A DNA stretch of 63,625 bases, the filler included. It is 6 parts of 6 records of this genome, joined end to end, with 100 filler letters (N's around TTAATTAATTAA, not from the genome) between each part and the next. Parts side by side here need not be neighbours in the genome. Positions count along the whole stretch, not along the records: positions 50,768 to 58,323 come from DRR723986_10431; positions 58,424 to 63,625 come from DRR723986_10450; 4 more parts are not named here. One strand, given 5' to 3'. Within the stretch, counting starts at the first letter, position 1. The number at the start of each line of letters is the position of its first letter. Shown here one piece after another: positions 57,895 to 63,625 of this stretch. The notes below the pieces were generated by a model, which was not told the origin of the DNA, did no database searches, and saw nothing but the letters and a program-made list of their open reading frames with translations. A program made the translations under genes and the position numbers.

Positions 57895-58302
57895 TCAGGC
57901 CATCGGCGCGACGACCTTGCAGCGCGTGATGGCGGCATCAACATTAAAGAACGCCTGTTCAATCGCCTTTTTCCCCAACCCGTTGAGCCGAATTTGAAAG
58001 ACTTTCTCGGTCCCGGCTTTGCATTTGACTGTCACCACACCGTTTTGAAGCGGGCCGTGAAAGCTCACGGTCGCGTCCACCTCTGGCGGGTTGGCAAGGT
58101 TCTGCGCCGTACGCTTGGCCGCGTCCTGGCCTTCGGCATCAAGCAAACCATCCTTGCCCAGTTTTACCTCGGCGTGTCGAAAGGCAGTGACCTTGGCGCT
58201 TCGATCATAAATTGTTGCATGCGGAAACCGTTTCATCGCATGGGTGGGCCAGATTTGAAAAAGCTGACCATCTCCGGTGATTGCAATCGATAGCCCAGCC
58301 AT
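57895..58302 (-). CDS. Orphan hypothetical protein (135 aa)
   Basis: ATG with an AGGAG RBS, globular composition, no recognised family; convergent with the deaminase gene. Confidence 0.65.
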   Translation of the reverse strand: MAGLSIAITGDGQLFQIWPTHAMKRFPHATIYDRSAKVTAFRHAEVKLGKDGLLDAEGQDAAKRTAQNLANPPEVDATVSFHGPLQNGVVTVKCKAGTEKVFQIRLNGLGKKAIEQAFFNVDAAITRCKVVAPMA

Positions 58303-58323
58303 GGTGACACTCCTGTTTCAATC

Positions 58324-58423
58324 NNNNNNNNNNNNNNNNNNNNNNNNNNNNNNNNNNNNNNNNNNNNTTAATTAATTAANNNNNNNNNNNNNNNNNNNNN
58401 NNNNNNNNNNNNNNNNNNNNNNN
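58324..58423. other. Artificial contig spacer
   Basis: N44-TTAATTAATTAA-N44. Confidence 0.99.
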
Positions 58424-58439
58424 ACTCCGGCACCTCTCC
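58424..58439 (-). tRNA. 5' 16 nt of a probable tRNA-Ser (truncated by the contig edge)
   Basis: Reverse complement GGAGAGGTGCCGGAGT matches a tRNA-Ser 5' end; divergent from rplU. Confidence 0.55.
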
Positions 58440-58789
58440 GCGGGGGTCTGGTGGGGGGCGTTTAATGGGCTTTGGCGGGGGGATCAAGGGGGGTTTTGGG
58501 GAAAATGCAAAAAACCCAACGCCGGCCCCTGTGGCGATGCGTGGGTATGAGTATTTGGGCAAGATGAAGGGCAGGCGGGCTGCGGTGTTGGGGGTGCGCG
58601 GGCGCGGTGAGATGGTTCTTGACTTTGGTGTGGCGATGGGGGAAAAGCGCGCATCCGGGCAGGGGTAACTTTGCCCGGGTTTCATTTTGTATACGCCCCT
58701 ATGGGCGCGCTGTTCGAGGTGGCTGAGCCATAACGCCGGATCTGTAACAGAGACGGGACCACAGGACGCGGAGAAAAAGGAAAACCACT

Positions 58790-59227
58790 ATGTTCGCGGT
58801 TCTGAAAACCGGCGGCAAGCAATATAAGGTTCAGGCGGGCGATATGCTGCGCGTGGAAAAGCTGGCCGCAAATGCTGGGGAAACGATCCAGTTTAACGAT
58901 GTTTTGATGCTGGGTGGCGATGCCGTTGTTGTGGGCGCGCCGTTTGTGGCGGGCGCGGCTGTGCAGGCCGAGGTTGTTGACCAGATCAAAGGGGATAAGG
59001 TTATCCACTTTGTAAAGCGTCGTCGTAAGCATTCGTCGAAGCGCACCAAAGGCCACCGCCAGCAGTTGACTTTGGTGAAAATCACCGAAGTTCTGGCATC
59101 GGGTGGTGACAAATCGGGTGTGAAAGCGGCTGTTGGTGCGGGCACCGACGCCCCTGTGGCCGAGGCGCCGAAAAAGGCCGCCGCAAAGAAACCCGCTGCC
59201 AAAAAAGCAGCGGCAGACAAGGAGTAA
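58790..59227 (+). CDS. rplU: 50S ribosomal protein L21 with an Ala/Lys-rich C-terminal extension
   Basis: 'MFAVLKTGGKQYKV', 'KGHRQQLT'. Confidence 0.97.
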   Translation: MFAVLKTGGKQYKVQAGDMLRVEKLAANAGETIQFNDVLMLGGDAVVVGAPFVAGAAVQAEVVDQIKGDKVIHFVKRRRKHSSKRTKGHRQQLTLVKITEVLASGGDKSGVKAAVGAGTDAPVAEAPKKAAAKKPAAKKAAADKE

Positions 59228-59233
59228 CCCCCC

Positions 59234-59503
59234 ATGGCACACAAGAAAGCAGGCGGTTCATCCCGTAACGGTCGCGATTCTGACGGCCGCCGTCTTGGCG
59301 TGAAATTGTTTGGTGGCCAGGCGGCCATTCCGGGCAATATCATCGTGCGCCAGCGTGGCACCAAGTGGTGGCCGGGTGAGGGCGTTGGCATGGGCCGCGA
59401 CCACACCATTTTCGCCACATCCGAAGGTAAGGTGACCTTTCACAAGGGCCTGAAAGGGCGCACCTTTATTTCGGTTCTGCCAGTCGCAGAAGCCGCAGAG
59501 TAA
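59234..59503 (+). CDS. rpmA: 50S ribosomal protein L27
   Basis: '[16 protein letters not shown]', 'IIVRQRGT'. Confidence 0.98.
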   Translation: MAHKKAGGSSRNGRDSDGRRLGVKLFGGQAAIPGNIIVRQRGTKWWPGEGVGMGRDHTIFATSEGKVTFHKGLKGRTFISVLPVAEAAE

Positions 59504-59527
59504 GCCGAGCTTCACGGGTAAGAACAT

Positions 59528-59559
59528 GGGGATCGGCGTGCTTGGCCGGTCCCCTTTTT
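59528..59559 (+). terminator. Rho-independent terminator after rpmA
   Basis: GGGGATCGGC-GTGCTTG-GCCGGTCCCC-TTTTT. Confidence 0.75.
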
Positions 59560-59578
59560 CGTGTTTACGGGGGCCTTT

Positions 59579-60180
59579 ATGGGCGTATCTGTGATCAGCT
59601 TCTTGGTGTTTGGTGCCTCGCAAGTGGGCACGCCGGGGCCTGCGAATATGGCGCTGATGGCCACTGGTGCGCGCTTTGGGTTTCGTGCGGCGCTGCCGTT
59701 TGTGGCGGGGGTGGCGCTGGGAAAGCAGCTGATCATTTGGCCCATTGGCTTTGGCCTGATGGAGGTGGTGGCCCAGGTGCCCGGGCTGTTTGAGGCGCTG
59801 AAATGGGCCAGCATTGCCTATATTTGCTGGCTGGCGTGGAAAGTGGCCAATCTGCGCTTGGGCCAGCCGGTTGTGGGGGGGCAGGCGCCTGGGTTTTTTG
59901 CCGGGCTGGTGGTGCACCCGCTGAACCCCAAGGCCTGGGCGATGATTGTTGCAGGTTTCACCAATTTCGTGGCGCCAGGCACCCCGACATTGCAGGCCAC
60001 GGCGGCCATTGCGGCCTGTCTTTTTGCCTTGCAGCTGGTGTTGCATCCGATGTGGGCATTGGCGGGCGATCGTTTGGCGCGCAGCGTGGCGGGGCGGCCG
60101 GCCGAGCGATATTTGATGCGCGGCTTGGCATTTCTCACTGTGGCCTCGGTGGTGCTGGTTTTGTTGGGAGGAGATATGAA

Positions 60181-60184
<4 letters not shown>
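59579..60184 (+). CDS. LysE-family translocator
   Basis: 'TPGPANM', 'LNPKAW', about 6 TM segments. Confidence 0.88.
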
Positions 60185-62919
<2,735 letters not shown>

Positions 62920-62950
62920 GCCAACACAGAGCGGATTACAGGGGGCACAG

Positions 62951-63625
62951 ATGACAGACACGCAAACAATTCCCGCAGTTATGGCAGGTTTGGGCCAGGC
63001 AGCGCGCGCGGCCGCGGCGGAATTGGCTTATGCGCCATCTGCGGCGAAAGAACAGGCGCTGCGGGTGGCGGCGGATAGGCTGCGGGGCAATACTGCCGAA
63101 ATTATCGCCGCCAATGCCAAAGATTTGGACTATGGCCGCGCCAAGGGCCTATCGGCGGCCATGATGGATCGTTTGATGCTGGACGAGGGGCGCATTGCTG
63201 CCATGGCCGATGGTCTGCGCGCCGTGGCCGCCCAAACCGACCCGGTGGGCGAGGTTTTGGCAGAATGGGATATGCCCTCGGGGTTAAACATACGCCGCGT
63301 GCGCACGCCTTTGGGCGTGGTGGGGGTGATCTATGAATCGCGCCCCAATGTGACCGCCGATGCCGGGGCTTTGTGCCTAAAGGCCGGCAATGCGGTGATC
63401 TTGCGCGGCGGATCGGAAAGCTTTCATTCCAGCGTGGCCATTCACGCCTGTCTGGTGGCCGGTCTTCAGGCCGCGGGCCTGCCCGTGGCGGCCATTCAGC
63501 TGGTGCCCACGCGCGACCGGGCGGCGGTGCAAGAAATGCTGACCATGACCGAAACGATCGATGTGATCGTGCCGCGCGGTGGAAAAGGGCTGGTGGGGCT
63601 GGTGCAGCGCGAGGCGCGGGTGCCG
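62951..63625 (+). CDS. proA: Gamma-glutamyl phosphate reductase, 3' truncated by the window end
   Basis: Translated from ATG 62951: 'DPVGEV', '[16 protein letters not shown]', 'LRGGSE', 'IVPRGGKGL'. Confidence 0.95.
   Translation, partial: MTDTQTIPAVMAGLGQAARAAAAELAYAPSAAKEQALRVAADRLRGNTAEIIAANAKDLDYGRAKGLSAAMMDRLMLDEGRIAAMADGLRAVAAQTDPVGEVLAEWDMPSGLNIRRVRTPLGVVGVIYESRPNVTADAGALCLKAGNAVILRGGSESFHSSVAIHACLVAGLQAAGLPVAAIQLVPTRDRAAVQEMLTMTETIDVIVPRGGKGLVGLVQREARVP

Noticed and set aside
57895-58302. 'RHAE' in the 135-aa orphan suggesting a second deaminase
   Set aside because: No downstream PCxxC or CxxC; probably coincidental
18860-58423. Five identical TTAATTAATTAA motifs flanked by N runs, which could look like a repeat family
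   Set aside because: Artificial contig linkers; genes on opposite sides must not be treated as neighbours
58424-58439. Possibility that this tRNA-Ser 5' end joins the 3' end at 50768-50797, linking contigs 5 and 6
   Set aside because: Acceptor strands GGAGAGG and AGCCTCC pair at only 4 of 7 positions, so they are probably different tRNA genes
59140-59227. AKKPAAKK histone-like tail on L21
   Set aside because: Ala/Lys-rich L21 extensions are common in Alphaproteobacteria

Overview
The window is not one chromosome segment. It is six separate contigs joined by an artificial 100-bp spacer (44 N + TTAATTAATTAA + 44 N); taxonomic labels below are inferred from gene content and protein style. Contig 1 (1-18859) looks like a planctomycete (Pirellulaceae-like) and carries a RaSEA-like radical SAM gene, comF-like, DUF502, ygfZ-like, ndk, dapL, a degenerate PAS-AAA-Fis regulator, a secreted cyanophycinase-like protein, DUF72, a sulfatase, glpK, a permease and a Lys/Ala-rich small protein. 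Contig 2 (18960-30711) looks like a marine gammaproteobacterium (Halieaceae-like) with a Lap-type adhesion locus (giant VWA adhesin 3' end, small conserved ORF, lapD, lapG, TolC-OmpA fusion) plus tag and a TonB receptor. Contig 3 (30812-38193) is alphaproteobacterial: LysR, then a dctP-SDR-ALDH-dctQ-dctM operon ending in the N-terminus of a catabolic B12-dependent reductive dehalogenase. Contig 4 (38294-50667) is Roseibium/Labrenzia-like, with anmK, a class III aminotransferase, a CHASE2-cyclase/FecR/Crp/BA14K module, cspA and a partial tRNA-Arg. Contig 5 (50768-58323) is a Rhodobacteraceae-like accessory region after a tRNA 3' end: lipoprotein, membrane AraC, cytochrome c', LysR, a serine hydrolase-RTX-DUF4214 fusion, a 16-bp inverted repeat element, an orphan CAE/PCxxC deaminase-fold gene and a convergent orphan. 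Contig 6 (58424-63625) is the Rhodobacteraceae rplU-rpmA-lysE-GNAT-obgE-proB-proA core region. The best leads are the stand-alone deaminase-fold locus (56669-58302) and the putative halo-aromatic alcohol/aldehyde uptake-oxidation-dehalogenation operon (31468-38193). All family calls come from motif recognition by eye; no searches were run.
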